DNA from: an uncultured Bacillota bacterium
GTDB taxonomy: Bacteria > Sysuimicrobiota > Sysuimicrobiia > Sysuimicrobiales > Segetimicrobiaceae
Assembly (NCBI GenBank): GCA_963804645.1
Contig: CAWDRG010000022.1
Location: 111,642-175,641 of the forward strand
Direction of reading: 5' to 3'
Length of the DNA: 64,000 bases
The translations under genes and the position numbers were made by a program. The notes beneath the pieces were generated by a model. It had not been told where the DNA came from and searched no databases. It worked only from the letters and a program-made list of their open reading frames with translations. Below, one piece after another: positions 29,149 to 38,957 of this stretch (positions within the stretch are counted from its first letter, which is position 1; each line of letters opens with the position of its first letter).

Positions 29149-29552
29149 TGCGATACCTAATCGATACGGATACATGCATCGCAGTCGCCAGACAAAGGCC
29201 GATGCACGTTCTCGAGCGGCTCCGGCGACTGAGGCCGGGAGATGTCGGGATGTCGGTCGTGACATACTTGGAGCTGTGCTATGGCGCGCTAAAAAGTCAG
29301 GCCCCGAGCGCGAACTTCGAAAAACTAGCGACACTGGCGGGCTTGATTCCGCCGCTCCCGTTGGAGGCCAATACTGCATCGCACTACGCGCGTATCCGAG
29401 TAAAGCTCGAACGCAGCGGACGGCGTATTGGAGGATATGACATGCTTATTGCTGCCCACGCGTTAACCTTACATTTGATCGTGATAACAAACAACGTCGC
29501 CGAGTTCTCACGAATTCAAGGACTTCGGTTGGAGAATTGGCTGGCACAGTAG
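29148..29552 (+). CDS. vapC: VapC PIN-domain toxin
   Basis: YLIDTDTCI, EL.YGA.KS, IGGYDMLIAAHA, TNNVAEFSRIQGLRLENW. Confidence 0.92.
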   Translation: MRYLIDTDTCIAVARQRPMHVLERLRRLRPGDVGMSVVTYLELCYGALKSQAPSANFEKLATLAGLIPPLPLEANTASHYARIRVKLERSGRRIGGYDMLIAAHALTLHLIVITNNVAEFSRIQGLRLENWLAQ

Positions 29553-29577
29553 ATAAGTCAGTTCGAACTCGTTGCGT

Positions 29578-29603
29578 TGGTGGAGGCGGCGGGAATCGAA
29601 ACC
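29578..29603 (-). repeat. tmRNA 3'-end copy interrupted by IS256 (continues at 30981-30991)
   Basis: Removing the IS and one TSD gives TGGTGGAGGCGGCGGGAATCGAAACCGCG, 28/29 identity. Confidence 0.9.
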
Positions 29604-30980
29604 GAGGTACCCTCAAAGGGTGTGTAAATGCTGAAGGCGGTGTATCCTCCTGAGAGAGAGACCAACAACCAGGCCTTGTCAGAGGCCCAGGGAGGAAACA
29701 CACCGCCATGGACAAGCAGAACACGGATCACGACACGTCGTCAAGTCCCAGCTGGGACAAGTTGGAGGCCTGGGCTCGGATGCAGATCCAGACGTGGTTC
29801 CAGGATCTCCTCGAGGCGGAAGTCACGGAGCTGCTCGGGCGCCGCAAGGCGCAACGCCGACCGGCCGTGGACGCGCCGGCGGGCTATCGCAACGGCTATG
29901 GCAAGCCGCGGCGGCTGACGCTGAGCGCCGGGACGATTACGGTGCGACGTCCGCGCACCCGCGGGCTGGAGGACCGGTTCGAGAGTCGGCTCTTGCCGTT
30001 GTTCGTCCGCCGGACGCGCGAAGTGAACGCCCTGCTGCCGGAGTTGTATCTGCATGGCCTGGCCCAGGGGGATTTGGCGCTGGCGCTGCGCGGGCTCCTG
30101 GGCGAGGCCGCGCCGCTGTCCGCGAGCACGGTGGCCCGGCTCACAGAGAAGTGGCAGGGGGAGTACGAGGCGTGGAACCAGCGCCGGGTGGACGAGCTGG
30201 AAGTGGTCTACCTCTGGGTCGATGGGGTCTATGTCAAGGCCGGTCTGGAGAAGGACAAGGCCGCGCTCCTGGTCGCGCTGGCGGGCTTGAGTGATGGCCG
30301 CAAGGTGCTCCTCGCCGTCGCGAGCGGGCCCCGGGAATCCACGGAGGCCTGGGGCACGTTCCTGCGGGCGCTGCGCGCGCGGGGGCTCTGCGCGCCGAAG
30401 CTGGTGATCGGGGATGGCCATCTGGGGATCTGGGGCGCGCTGCGCGACGTGTATCCGGAGGCGGCGGAGCAGCGGTGTTGGAATCACCGCATCGTCAACG
30501 TGCTGGACACGCTCCCCAAGCGCGCGCAACCGCAGGCCAAGCCCCTCCTGACCGCGATCGCGTACGCGGAGACGCGGGAGGAGGCCGAGCGGCGGAAGGC
30601 CGCCTTCCAGCGCTGGGCCACCGGCCGGGGGCACGAGGACGCCGTGCGCGTACTGGATCGCGACTGGGACCGGTTCGTCACCTTCTACCAGTTCCCCCGG
30701 GAGCACTGGTCACATCTGCGGACGTCGAACCCGGTGGAGTCACCCTTTGCGGCCTTGCGGTTGCGCACGGATGCCGCGAAACGCTTCAAGAAGGTTGCCA
30801 ACGCGCGCGCGATCATCTGGAAGCTGTTGCTGGTCGCGGAGCGCCGCTTCCGACGGCTCACCGCCCCGGAGCGTGCCACTGAGGTCTACCTAGGCGTGAA
30901 GTTCGTGAATGGCGTGAAAGTCACGACCAACGGTCAGGAGGTCGCCGCCTGAAGATTTACACACCTATTGACGGAACCTC
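29604..30980 (+). mobile_element. IS256-family insertion sequence (copy B)
   Basis: 26-bp IRs with 22/26 match; 8-bp TSD TCGAAACC. Confidence 0.93.
29708..30952 (+). CDS. IS256 transposase
   Basis: YRNGYGKPR, LPELYLHGLA, WVDG.YVKAG, GDGHLGIW, LRTSNPVES. Confidence 0.93.
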   Translation: MDKQNTDHDTSSSPSWDKLEAWARMQIQTWFQDLLEAEVTELLGRRKAQRRPAVDAPAGYRNGYGKPRRLTLSAGTITVRRPRTRGLEDRFESRLLPLFVRRTREVNALLPELYLHGLAQGDLALALRGLLGEAAPLSASTVARLTEKWQGEYEAWNQRRVDELEVVYLWVDGVYVKAGLEKDKAALLVALAGLSDGRKVLLAVASGPRESTEAWGTFLRALRARGLCAPKLVIGDGHLGIWGALRDVYPEAAEQRCWNHRIVNVLDTLPKRAQPQAKPLLTAIAYAETREEAERRKAAFQRWATGRGHEDAVRVLDRDWDRFVTFYQFPREHWSHLRTSNPVESPFAALRLRTDAAKRFKKVANARAIIWKLLLVAERRFRRLTAPERATEVYLGVKFVNGVKVTTNGQEVAA

Positions 30981-31620
30981 TCGAAACCGCGACCCCTGCT
31001 CTATCGCCTATCCCTGTCTACCTGCGCATGCGTCTGTAGAGCTTGCTGCGCAATGCGTTCACCCTCTTCTTCGACCACTGTTCATTCGTCCAATTCCGGC
31101 TATGGCTGGCAAGTGGTGTGACAATAGCGTGACAGCCACATCAGATCCTCCGGCCACCTAGTGTCGCTGTGATCGCCCCAAACGGTATCCGACGGCTTGA
31201 ATGGCCCCCGGTGAGGGGATGAGCGATGGAATCGGCGCGGATACCTCCCGACGCGCATCCGCGACGGTCGCATGGGCCTCCTGCCACGGAGCGAGTGCGT
31301 TCCGCATCCTCTGCACCACGTCGACGAACTCGGACGCGATTGACACGTTGACAGTGCCTGCTCCCTTCAACTCGCCGAGCAACCGGCCAAGATTCTAAGG
31401 AAGGACAGAACGGGCTCTTCTGGGGCTCGGGCTGCAGAAGACCGGGGTGATCTTCCGAGACAAGGTGCTCAGGAGTATACTGAGGGTGAGTCGAAAAGCT
31501 AAAGTGAAAATTCCGGCTCAGGAGGGTGGTTTCGGTAGAAGCTGGTGAGGGTCAGGACCGCAGCGCAGCAATCTCCGTGCAGCGGGTCACAGGGTTCATG
31601 CTCGGAGGGGAGGCACCGAT

Positions 31621-33000
31621 ATGCGACGCCGGATGACTGCACTCGTGCTGCTCAGCGCGTTTGCGTTTGTCGTGCAGGGATGGGGCGGACTCGCTCCGAT
31701 TCGGGCCGCCGGCCAGCAAACCGTCCACCTCACCGCCTGGACGATCGGGCCGGATGAACCGTCCTACTACCGCAAGGACAACCTCCTGAGCGCCGCTGAC
31801 GCGCTCAACAAGCAGCTGGCTGCCGAAGGCTCGGGGATCCGGGTCACTCTGGATGCGACCTTCGCCACCGGAGGCGGACAGACGTGGGGCGCGTACAAAC
31901 AGCGGTTCGTGCTGGCTGCGCAGTCGGGGAAGGCTCCCGACATTGTGGCGACCGGGAACGAGGACATCGCGGCCTGGGCTGCTGCTGGCTACGTGATCCC
32001 CTTGGACACGTATGTGAAGCAGTACAAGCAGTTCGCGGACGTCATCCCATCACTCTGGAATGCCACCAAGTTCGATGGGAGAATCTACGCGATTCCGCAA
32101 GATGTCGAGGCGAGACCCCTGTACTTTAGCATGCCGTTCCTGGCGAAGCTCGGATGGTCGCAGGACAAGATCGCGGGTCTGCCCAAGGCGATTGAGGCCG
32201 GCCAGTTCACGCTCACCGACATGTTGCAGACGGCCAAGGAGGCGCAGGACAAGGGGCTCGTGTTGAAGGGATACGGGTGGTGGATCCGTCCGATCAACGG
32301 GCCGGATTATTACATGTACTACGAAGCGTTCGGCGGCAAGATGACGGATGCAAGTGGCAAGTTGCTGCTCGACACCAAGGCGCTCCGTGGTGACTATTCG
32401 TTCTTCCACGACGCCGTGTTCACATATAGCGTGACGCCCAAGGATATCATCGGGACCGATTGGAACAGCTGGCACGGGGCCGTAGTCGGAAAGCAGGTGC
32501 TGTTCACGCAGTGCGGGACATGGTGCTGGGCCCAGTGGATCCAGCAGTACAAAATGCCGGCCGATGAGGTGTGGAAGACGTACGGGTTCGCGCTCGTGCC
32601 CTCGGGCACCAAGGGCGGACGTCCCGTGACCCTGAGTCATCCGATCGTGTACATGATCAGCAAGTCGTCGCCACACGCGGACCTCGCGGCGCGCCTCCTG
32701 GCGCTCGCCACGACCCCGCAACTTAACGCCCGACACGCCGTGACGAGCGGCCATCTCGCGGTGCTCACTGATGAGGCACAGGTACCGGCGTACGCGCAGG
32801 ACACGTTCGCGAAAGATACGATCTACATGCTGCGGTACACGACGTTCTTGCCGAACGACGCACTCTTCGGCACCTATGACCAGGCAATCTGGGAGGGCCT
32901 CTCGGCCGTGGTTTCCGGCAAGATGACGGCGGACCAGGCCGTACAGACAGTCACGCAACAGTTGCAGACGAACCTGAGCGACCACGTCGTTATCCGGTGA
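31621..33000 (+). CDS. Carbohydrate ABC transporter substrate-binding protein
   Basis: Signal peptide, SGKAPDIV, GRIYAIPQDVEARPLYF, VVSGKMTADQA. Confidence 0.88.
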   Translation: MRRRMTALVLLSAFAFVVQGWGGLAPIRAAGQQTVHLTAWTIGPDEPSYYRKDNLLSAADALNKQLAAEGSGIRVTLDATFATGGGQTWGAYKQRFVLAAQSGKAPDIVATGNEDIAAWAAAGYVIPLDTYVKQYKQFADVIPSLWNATKFDGRIYAIPQDVEARPLYFSMPFLAKLGWSQDKIAGLPKAIEAGQFTLTDMLQTAKEAQDKGLVLKGYGWWIRPINGPDYYMYYEAFGGKMTDASGKLLLDTKALRGDYSFFHDAVFTYSVTPKDIIGTDWNSWHGAVVGKQVLFTQCGTWCWAQWIQQYKMPADEVWKTYGFALVPSGTKGGRPVTLSHPIVYMISKSSPHADLAARLLALATTPQLNARHAVTSGHLAVLTDEAQVPAYAQDTFAKDTIYMLRYTTFLPNDALFGTYDQAIWEGLSAVVSGKMTADQAVQTVTQQLQTNLSDHVVIR

Positions 33001-33974
33001 AGCCGTCCCCGGAGAGCCTCTCCGGGAGGCCGGTCACCACGCAGGGTGCCGCCCGGCGTCGATGGACAGCGGGCGGCTATCCTACGTTGTTTCTGGCCCC
33101 CGCCGGGCTTGTCGTGCTGGCGCTGTTTCTCGCGCCAGCATTGCTGACGATCGTCATCAGCCTGACGAACTTGAGCGTGGCGACCGGGCTGACCCATTAC
33201 CGTTGGATCGGGCTGGCCAACTACTCGCAGATCGCCCACAGCCCGTGGTTGAGCCTCATTCTCTGGAACACCCTGATCTATGTGGCCTGCACCCTCGTTC
33301 TGTTCAACGTCGGGCTCGCGCTGGTGCTCGCGCTGCTGACCGCGCATCTGTCGGAGCGAGCGGCCGGAGTGTTCCGCGTCCTGTGGATGCTGCCGCGCAT
33401 CACGCCCTCGGTCGTGTACGCGCTGATGTGGCGGTGGGCCGCCGCCCAGGCTCCGTACGGCACGCTGAGCCAACTCCTAGGGCTTTTCGGCATCCCCGGA
33501 AGGAACTGGATGAACGCGCACCCGTGGGCGTTCGTAATCGGCTTGAACGGGCTTGTCGGTGCGTCGTTCGGCATGATCATCTTCTCGTCCGCGATCACGG
33601 CCATCCCGCGCGATCAGTACCTTGCTGCCCAGGTCGATGGAGCATCGGCCTGGCAGCAGGTGTGGCGGATCACCTTGCCGCGGCTGCGATGGCCGGTTTT
33701 GTTCGTAACAGCGTACCAGACGCTATCGCTGTTGACGTCGTTCGAGTACATCCTGCTGACAACCAACGGGGGCCCCGGGTTCTACACGACCGAGGTGTGG
33801 TCGCTGTACGCGTTCCATCTGGCGCTGTCCAACTACTTCGGGAACACGCAGTTCGGGCTCGGCGCCGCCCTCGCCGCGATTCTCGTGGTCCTCGGCGTCG
33901 GTGCCTCGGTCTGCTACCTCCGGCTCTTCCGGTTCAGCGAGCTCGTGGCGCCGCCACGGATCGAGGTCAACTGA
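32997..33974 (+). CDS. Carbohydrate ABC permease 1
   Basis: IGLANY, EAA-like YLAAQVDGAS.WQ..WRITLP, LTTNGGPG. Confidence 0.9.
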   Translation: MKPSPESLSGRPVTTQGAARRRWTAGGYPTLFLAPAGLVVLALFLAPALLTIVISLTNLSVATGLTHYRWIGLANYSQIAHSPWLSLILWNTLIYVACTLVLFNVGLALVLALLTAHLSERAAGVFRVLWMLPRITPSVVYALMWRWAAAQAPYGTLSQLLGLFGIPGRNWMNAHPWAFVIGLNGLVGASFGMIIFSSAITAIPRDQYLAAQVDGASAWQQVWRITLPRLRWPVLFVTAYQTLSLLTSFEYILLTTNGGPGFYTTEVWSLYAFHLALSNYFGNTQFGLGAALAAILVVLGVGASVCYLRLFRFSELVAPPRIEVN

Positions 33975-33975
33975 G

Positions 33976-34803
33976 ATGCCGGTGGCGGCCCTCCGGTGGC
34001 GCTGGACGATGGGGGCCGCCCTGCTGGTACTGTCGGCCCCCATCGTCCTAACCTACGGATGGTTGGTGATGGCGTCGTTCAGCGTCAGTACAACGGGCAT
34101 TGTTCCGCACGGGTTCACGTGGGACAACTGGCGGTTCTTGTGGAGCACGCTGCCGAACGAGGCGAACGCGTGGGTAGCGGCCACAAACTCGCTGCTCTTT
34201 GCCGTGTCGCTGGCGCTCGCGGAGGTGCTCATCGGCTCGATGGCGGCGTACGCGCTCTCCCGCCTGAACTTCCGCGGACGCGGGGCGTTTCTTGCCTCCA
34301 CCATGGTTCTGCATTCGTTCCCCAGCGTGACGCTCCTCATCGCGATCTTCCTGATTCTCCGCGTTCTCGGGCTCTACGACCAGCTCGGCGGCGTCATCCT
34401 GGTGAAGCTGGCCCTCGACCTGCCCCTCGGAATCTGGATCATGAAGGGGTTTTACGACGCGGTTCCCTGGGACATCGAGATGGCCGCGATGATGGACGGG
34501 TACTCTCGGCTACAGATCTGGTGGCGGGTAATGCTTCCGCTCATCTCGCCGGGGCTGTTCGCGTTCGGCATCTTCGCCTTCCTGAGCGGATGGAACGAGT
34601 TTCTGCTGCCGTACGTGCTGCTGCCGAGTCAGAACTCTCAAACGCTGTCGGTGTTGATGGCCAGCCTGTCCGGGGAGGAGCAGTACGCGGACTACGGGTT
34701 GGTGACGGCGCTCAGCGTATTCTACATCCTGCCCGCGGTCGTGTTCTTTGCGCTGACGCAGAAGTACCTTCTGCGAATTTTCACGGGGGGAGTGAAGGGG
34801 TAG
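33976..34803 (+). CDS. Carbohydrate ABC permease 2
   Basis: AAYALSRLNFRG, EMAAMMDG, WNEFL, GGVKG C-terminus. Confidence 0.9.
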   Translation: MPVAALRWRWTMGAALLVLSAPIVLTYGWLVMASFSVSTTGIVPHGFTWDNWRFLWSTLPNEANAWVAATNSLLFAVSLALAEVLIGSMAAYALSRLNFRGRGAFLASTMVLHSFPSVTLLIAIFLILRVLGLYDQLGGVILVKLALDLPLGIWIMKGFYDAVPWDIEMAAMMDGYSRLQIWWRVMLPLISPGLFAFGIFAFLSGWNEFLLPYVLLPSQNSQTLSVLMASLSGEEQYADYGLVTALSVFYILPAVVFFALTQKYLLRIFTGGVKG

Positions 34804-34804
34804 C

Positions 34805-35878
34805 GTGGAATTGACGTTGGAGCACGTCTCCAAAGAGTTCGGCCGCGTCAGAGCGGTCGATGACGTCTCCCTGACAGTCCGCGACGGTGAGCTCGTGGCG
34901 TTGCTGGGCCCTTCAGGCTGTGGCAAGTCAACCACGCTCTTCCTCGTGGCCGGGCTGTACCGGCCGTCGGCGGGACGTATTTTGTTCGGACAGCGCGTGG
35001 TCAACGACGTGAGTCCACAATCCCGCGGCGTGGGCTTGGTCTTCCAGAGCTACGCACTGTACCCGCACTTAACCACCTTCGAGAATATCGCGTTCCCGCT
35101 GCGCGTGAAGCGGGCGTCCCGCGCGGAGGTGACCCGACGGGTGCACGAGGTCGCCGAGCTGACCGGCATCACCGAGTGCCTGCCGAGACCGCCGGCCCAG
35201 TTGTCTGGCGGACAACAGCAGCGCGTGGCACTTTGCCGGGCGCTCGTGAAGGCGCCCGCGATCCTGCTGCTGGACGAACCGCTCTCCAACCTCGACGCTC
35301 GGCTCCGCGAAGCCACGCGGGCGGAGATCAAACGGCTGCAACGGGAACTGGGGATCACGACGCTTTTCGTTTCCCACGACCAGGCCGAGGCGCTAGGGAT
35401 CGCCGATCGGGTCGGGATCATGGACCACGGTAAACTCGTGGTGCTGATGACACCGATGGATTTGTATCAACGGCCGCCGTCGCGCTTCGTCGCGGAGTTT
35501 ATCGGCACGCCGCCGATGAACTTCATGCCGGTTCAAGTGGCGGAGAATGGTATCCTGTTCGATGGCGCGTCGCTTCGACAGCTGCCGCGCCCCATCGCTC
35601 AGGGCGCGTACATGCTCGGCGTGCGGCCCGAGCATCTCCACGTAGCGGCCGACGGCACTCTACCCGCCCGGATCGTGCTCGTCGAAACCCTGGGCCGAGA
35701 CCTGCTGATCCACGCGAACTGCGGGGGCGTGCGCCTGCGGATCCTCGCCGACCCGGAGACGCACGTCGGGCCCGACGATCACGTCCGCCTACGGCTCGAC
35801 TGGGATCGCGCGCACCTGTTCGAAGCGGACAGCGGACGGGTCGTGCCGTTCGCCGGGAAAGAAGGGAGCGTGCTATGA
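34805..35878 (+). CDS. Carbohydrate ABC ATP-binding protein (MalK-like)
   Basis: GPSGCGKST, LSGGQQQR, LLDEPLSNLD, TOBE-like tail. Confidence 0.93.
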   Translation: MELTLEHVSKEFGRVRAVDDVSLTVRDGELVALLGPSGCGKSTTLFLVAGLYRPSAGRILFGQRVVNDVSPQSRGVGLVFQSYALYPHLTTFENIAFPLRVKRASRAEVTRRVHEVAELTGITECLPRPPAQLSGGQQQRVALCRALVKAPAILLLDEPLSNLDARLREATRAEIKRLQRELGITTLFVSHDQAEALGIADRVGIMDHGKLVVLMTPMDLYQRPPSRFVAEFIGTPPMNFMPVQVAENGILFDGASLRQLPRPIAQGAYMLGVRPEHLHVAADGTLPARIVLVETLGRDLLIHANCGGVRLRILADPETHVGPDDHVRLRLDWDRAHLFEADSGRVVPFAGKEGSVL

Positions 35879-37224
35879 CCGCACGGCGCAACGCGGTGGT
35901 CCTGCTCGTCGACAGCCTACGCTACGACTTCGTTGGATTCAACGGCAACGCGCGGATTCGAACACCGTGCCTCGATGCGTTCGCGCGGCGGGCGGCCGTC
36001 TTCGATCAGGCCGTGGTGGGTTCCTACCCGTGTCTGCCGTGCCGGCGGGAGATGTGGACGGGCCGCTACGAGTTCCCGTTTCGGGGCTGGGGACCGCTTG
36101 AGCGCAGCGACGTGATCTTCTCGGAGTTGGCCCGCGGCGCAGGGTATACGACGATGTTTATCACCGACAACTATCTGCTCTGCTACCAAGATGGAGACTA
36201 CCAGCGCGGCTTCTGCTGGGATCTCATCCGGGGACAGGAGCACGACGCCTGGGTGACCGATCCGACGCTGCCGATCGTGCTGCCGTGCCGGCCGGAGAAG
36301 CTCCGCGACCCCTACGGCCGAGTCGCCCAGTACTTGCGGAACACCGCTTCGTGGCGCACCGAGGAGGACCATTTCGGCCCTCAGGTCATGCGCCGTGCGT
36401 CCGAATGGCTTGAGCGCAACCGGACGCTCGACGGATTTCTCCTGTGGGTGGATTGCTTCGACCCGCACGAACCCTGGGACCCGCCCTATCAGTACCACCA
36501 ACTCTACAACCCGGGCTATCAGGGCGAGCGTGTTTTCTACCCAGCGTACGGCCGTGCTGATTCGCTGTCGGATGAGGAGCTGGCCGAGTGTCGAGCGCTC
36601 TACGCGGGTGAAGTCACGATGGTCGACCGATGGATCGGGCGCGTGCTGGAGAAACTCGAGGACCTCGGCCTGCTGCGGAACACCCTGGTGGCGATCATCA
36701 CCGATCACGGCTATATGTTCGGCGAGCACGGGCTCCTGGGGAAACCCTGGGCCGCACTCGCCGAGTCGAACCTCTATCGTGAAGTGGCGCACCTCCCGTG
36801 GGTCATGTTTCATCCCGAGGGGGCGGGCGCCGGTCGCCGCTTCGACGCGCTTGTGCAGCCGGTCGATCTATTCGCGACCCTCCTCGCGTGGTTGGATGTG
36901 CCGGTCCCCGGTCCCGTCCATTCGCGCAGCCTGCTGCCGCTGTTGGAGGGCCGTGCCCCGCGCATTCGTGACCACGCGTTCTGGGGGCGCTTCGGAGAGG
37001 CGATACACATTACCGATGGGAGCTGGGAGGCCTTCTTCTGGCCGGAGGGGGCACCGTACCGGGACCGGCTCTATCACCTCGCCGTCGATCCGGCCGAGAC
37101 CAGCGACCTCTCGGACTCGCATCCCGATGCGCTTCGGCGCTTGCGCGACAGCGCCCAGGCGTGGCTACGTGAGATCGGCGGGCCGGACCTCCGACGGCGA
37201 GCGTTTGTGCGTGATCATGTGTAG
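35875..37224 (+). CDS. Sulfatase
   Basis: VDSLR, CLPCR (CxPxR), FDPHEPWDPP, TDHG. Confidence 0.9.
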   Translation: MTARRNAVVLLVDSLRYDFVGFNGNARIRTPCLDAFARRAAVFDQAVVGSYPCLPCRREMWTGRYEFPFRGWGPLERSDVIFSELARGAGYTTMFITDNYLLCYQDGDYQRGFCWDLIRGQEHDAWVTDPTLPIVLPCRPEKLRDPYGRVAQYLRNTASWRTEEDHFGPQVMRRASEWLERNRTLDGFLLWVDCFDPHEPWDPPYQYHQLYNPGYQGERVFYPAYGRADSLSDEELAECRALYAGEVTMVDRWIGRVLEKLEDLGLLRNTLVAIITDHGYMFGEHGLLGKPWAALAESNLYREVAHLPWVMFHPEGAGAGRRFDALVQPVDLFATLLAWLDVPVPGPVHSRSLLPLLEGRAPRIRDHAFWGRFGEAIHITDGSWEAFFWPEGAPYRDRLYHLAVDPAETSDLSDSHPDALRRLRDSAQAWLREIGGPDLRRRAFVRDHV

Positions 37225-37295
37225 AGGAGACCCGACGACCATTGGGACGCCGTTCTCGATGTGCGGCGCGGGCCCTGCGATCGGTGAGGGCGGCG

Positions 37296-38201
37296 ATGTC
37301 GAACCAGGATCTATCTGAAGTCCACGCCCACCTGTGCGCCGCCGCGGACGCTCTGTTGAAGGCGGCCGTGCGCATGGATTGGGGCGCGCGTAGGATCGAG
37401 GACGACCCGGTTATCGAGGCGACGATCACGACGCTCCGGGCCATCGTTGGCATGCATCACGCTGATCCTCGCGCCTTCGAACAGCTCGCGATCCTGCTGC
37501 ACAATGTCGGACGCCTCAACGCAGCGGCCCGTCTGTACGCCGAAGTCAACCGCCTTGATCCGCCGTATCCTCCCGACGACCGGCAACGTCAGGCCATCGA
37601 GGATCTCTGCCCGCGTCTGCTGACCACCCGGCCCGAGTGGTTCAGGTTATCCGATTGCGCGGCGATTCACCATCCGGTGGATCCGGTCATCGGGTTCCAT
37701 TTCTTTTGGGAGGATGACTGGGACTATCCCGACGATGACGAACCGTGCGACCACGAGGTCGTCTGGGTTCGGTACCGGCCGCCGGCGCTTGTGCCCGTCG
37801 AAGTAATGACGTATTTTCATGGACGCATCCTGACCGGGTCCATGTCCGCTACGCCGGCGCGTCCGGCGGTCTGCGTGCAGTGGGGCAAGCACGGCTCGCT
37901 GCCCGCCGGATGGGAGCACGCGGATGAGCTGCGCGCGGCGTTGCGTTGCGACTTCGACGCATCCCAGCAGGGAGGACGCGTGCCGGATCATCCGCGAAAG
38001 CGCGCCTGGCCGCGTCAGTTCCCCGGTGGATGGCCGGAGTATACGCGGTTCGACCGCGAGGTCGACCCGCTTCCGTTAATTCGAACGCGGAAGTGGTGTG
38101 CCAGCGCTCGCTGGGCGAACGCGGCGCTGCACGATCTCTTTGTCCCTTACAATTTCCATGCAAAGCGAGAGTGGCCAGACGACGGCCTGGTCAACCTCTG
38201 A
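37296..38201 (+). CDS. Hypothetical protein with TPR-like helix and acidic/His-rich domain
   Basis: In operon; FFWEDDWDYPDDDEPCDHEVVWV, YFHG, QWGKHGSL. Confidence 0.7.
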   Translation: MSNQDLSEVHAHLCAAADALLKAAVRMDWGARRIEDDPVIEATITTLRAIVGMHHADPRAFEQLAILLHNVGRLNAAARLYAEVNRLDPPYPPDDRQRQAIEDLCPRLLTTRPEWFRLSDCAAIHHPVDPVIGFHFFWEDDWDYPDDDEPCDHEVVWVRYRPPALVPVEVMTYFHGRILTGSMSATPARPAVCVQWGKHGSLPAGWEHADELRAALRCDFDASQQGGRVPDHPRKRAWPRQFPGGWPEYTRFDREVDPLPLIRTRKWCASARWANAALHDLFVPYNFHAKREWPDDGLVNL

Positions 38202-38269
38202 TCCCACCCGAAGGGCTCGCTAGCGGAGCGGGCAGCGGTGTGATGAGCGCAATCTCTTTCCGTGAGCCG

Positions 38270-38438
38270 CGATGATTCCGCGACACCCGAACCCGCAGAT
38301 AGGCATACTCCCGAATGTCCCATCCATACATCTTGTCGTACAGGGTGTAGAACCGAGATTGTGGCTTCTTCTCACCTTGGCGTGGAGCTGCCGCTGAAGG
38401 GTCCGAATCCGCTCCGGGATTCCTAAGCTCCTCGCCAA
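38270..38438 (-). pseudogene. Group II intron reverse transcriptase N-terminal remnant
   Basis: SLGIPERIRTLQRQLHAK, then after a frameshift RFYTLYDKMY..DIREYAYLRV (RT0-like). Confidence 0.7.
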
Positions 38439-38501
38439 TCCTCCATCATTTCGCTCCGTTGAACGGCATCTCAGAACTGAGGTCTCTTCCCTCCGCCGGC
38501 T

Positions 38502-38530
38502 TTGTGGAGGCGGCGGGAATCGAACCCGCA
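38502..38530 (-). repeat. tmRNA 3'-end copy
   Basis: 27/29 identity, with 26 consecutive matches. Confidence 0.9.
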
Positions 38531-38588
38531 CCCCCAAGCTTCGTCCCAAGACACTTGGAAATCCCAAGAATAGACCGATCCACATGGT

Positions 38589-38627
38589 ATACATTTTTGT
38601 ATCAAACTAACTACATTATTGTATAAT
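38589..38627 (+). promoter_or_regulatory. Promoter with two palindromic operators
   Basis: ATACA-TTTT-TGTAT (38589-38602), TACA-TTAT-TGTA (38612-38623), TATAAT at 38622-38627. Confidence 0.75.
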
Positions 38628-38633
38628 ATGCCC

Positions 38634-38957
38634 ATGGACGATAAACTCTTCGGTTCCTCAATCAGGACCGATACGCTAGTCACTATCGGTCGCCTTCAAC
38701 GGACTTACTCGTCTGAGATTGCCCGTCTGCTTGGCCGGCGAGTTGTCGAGATTCAGCGGGCCGTGGCGTCCCTCGAACTCGCAGGGGTGATCGTAACCAA
38801 CCGCCTGGGCAACACACGGATTGTGGAACTCAATCCGACCTTTCCCGTAAGAGATGAATTGTACGCGTTGCTATTACGCATGAGCGAGTTACCGATATAC
38901 GTAGATCGTTGGTCAAAGATCCGGCGTCGCCCACGCGCCATGGGCAAGCCGTCATGA
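38634..38957 (+). CDS. Winged-helix protein (putative antitoxin/regulator)
   Basis: KLFGSSIRT, YSSEIARLLG...VEIQRAVASLELAGV.....GNTR; ATGA-coupled to next gene. Confidence 0.75.
   Translation: MDDKLFGSSIRTDTLVTIGRLQRTYSSEIARLLGRRVVEIQRAVASLELAGVIVTNRLGNTRIVELNPTFPVRDELYALLLRMSELPIYVDRWSKIRRRPRAMGKPS

Noticed and set aside
23915..38530. Repeats as tRNA genes
   Set aside because: Only the T-arm and 3' acceptor strand are present; there is no D-arm, anticodon arm or 5' strand.
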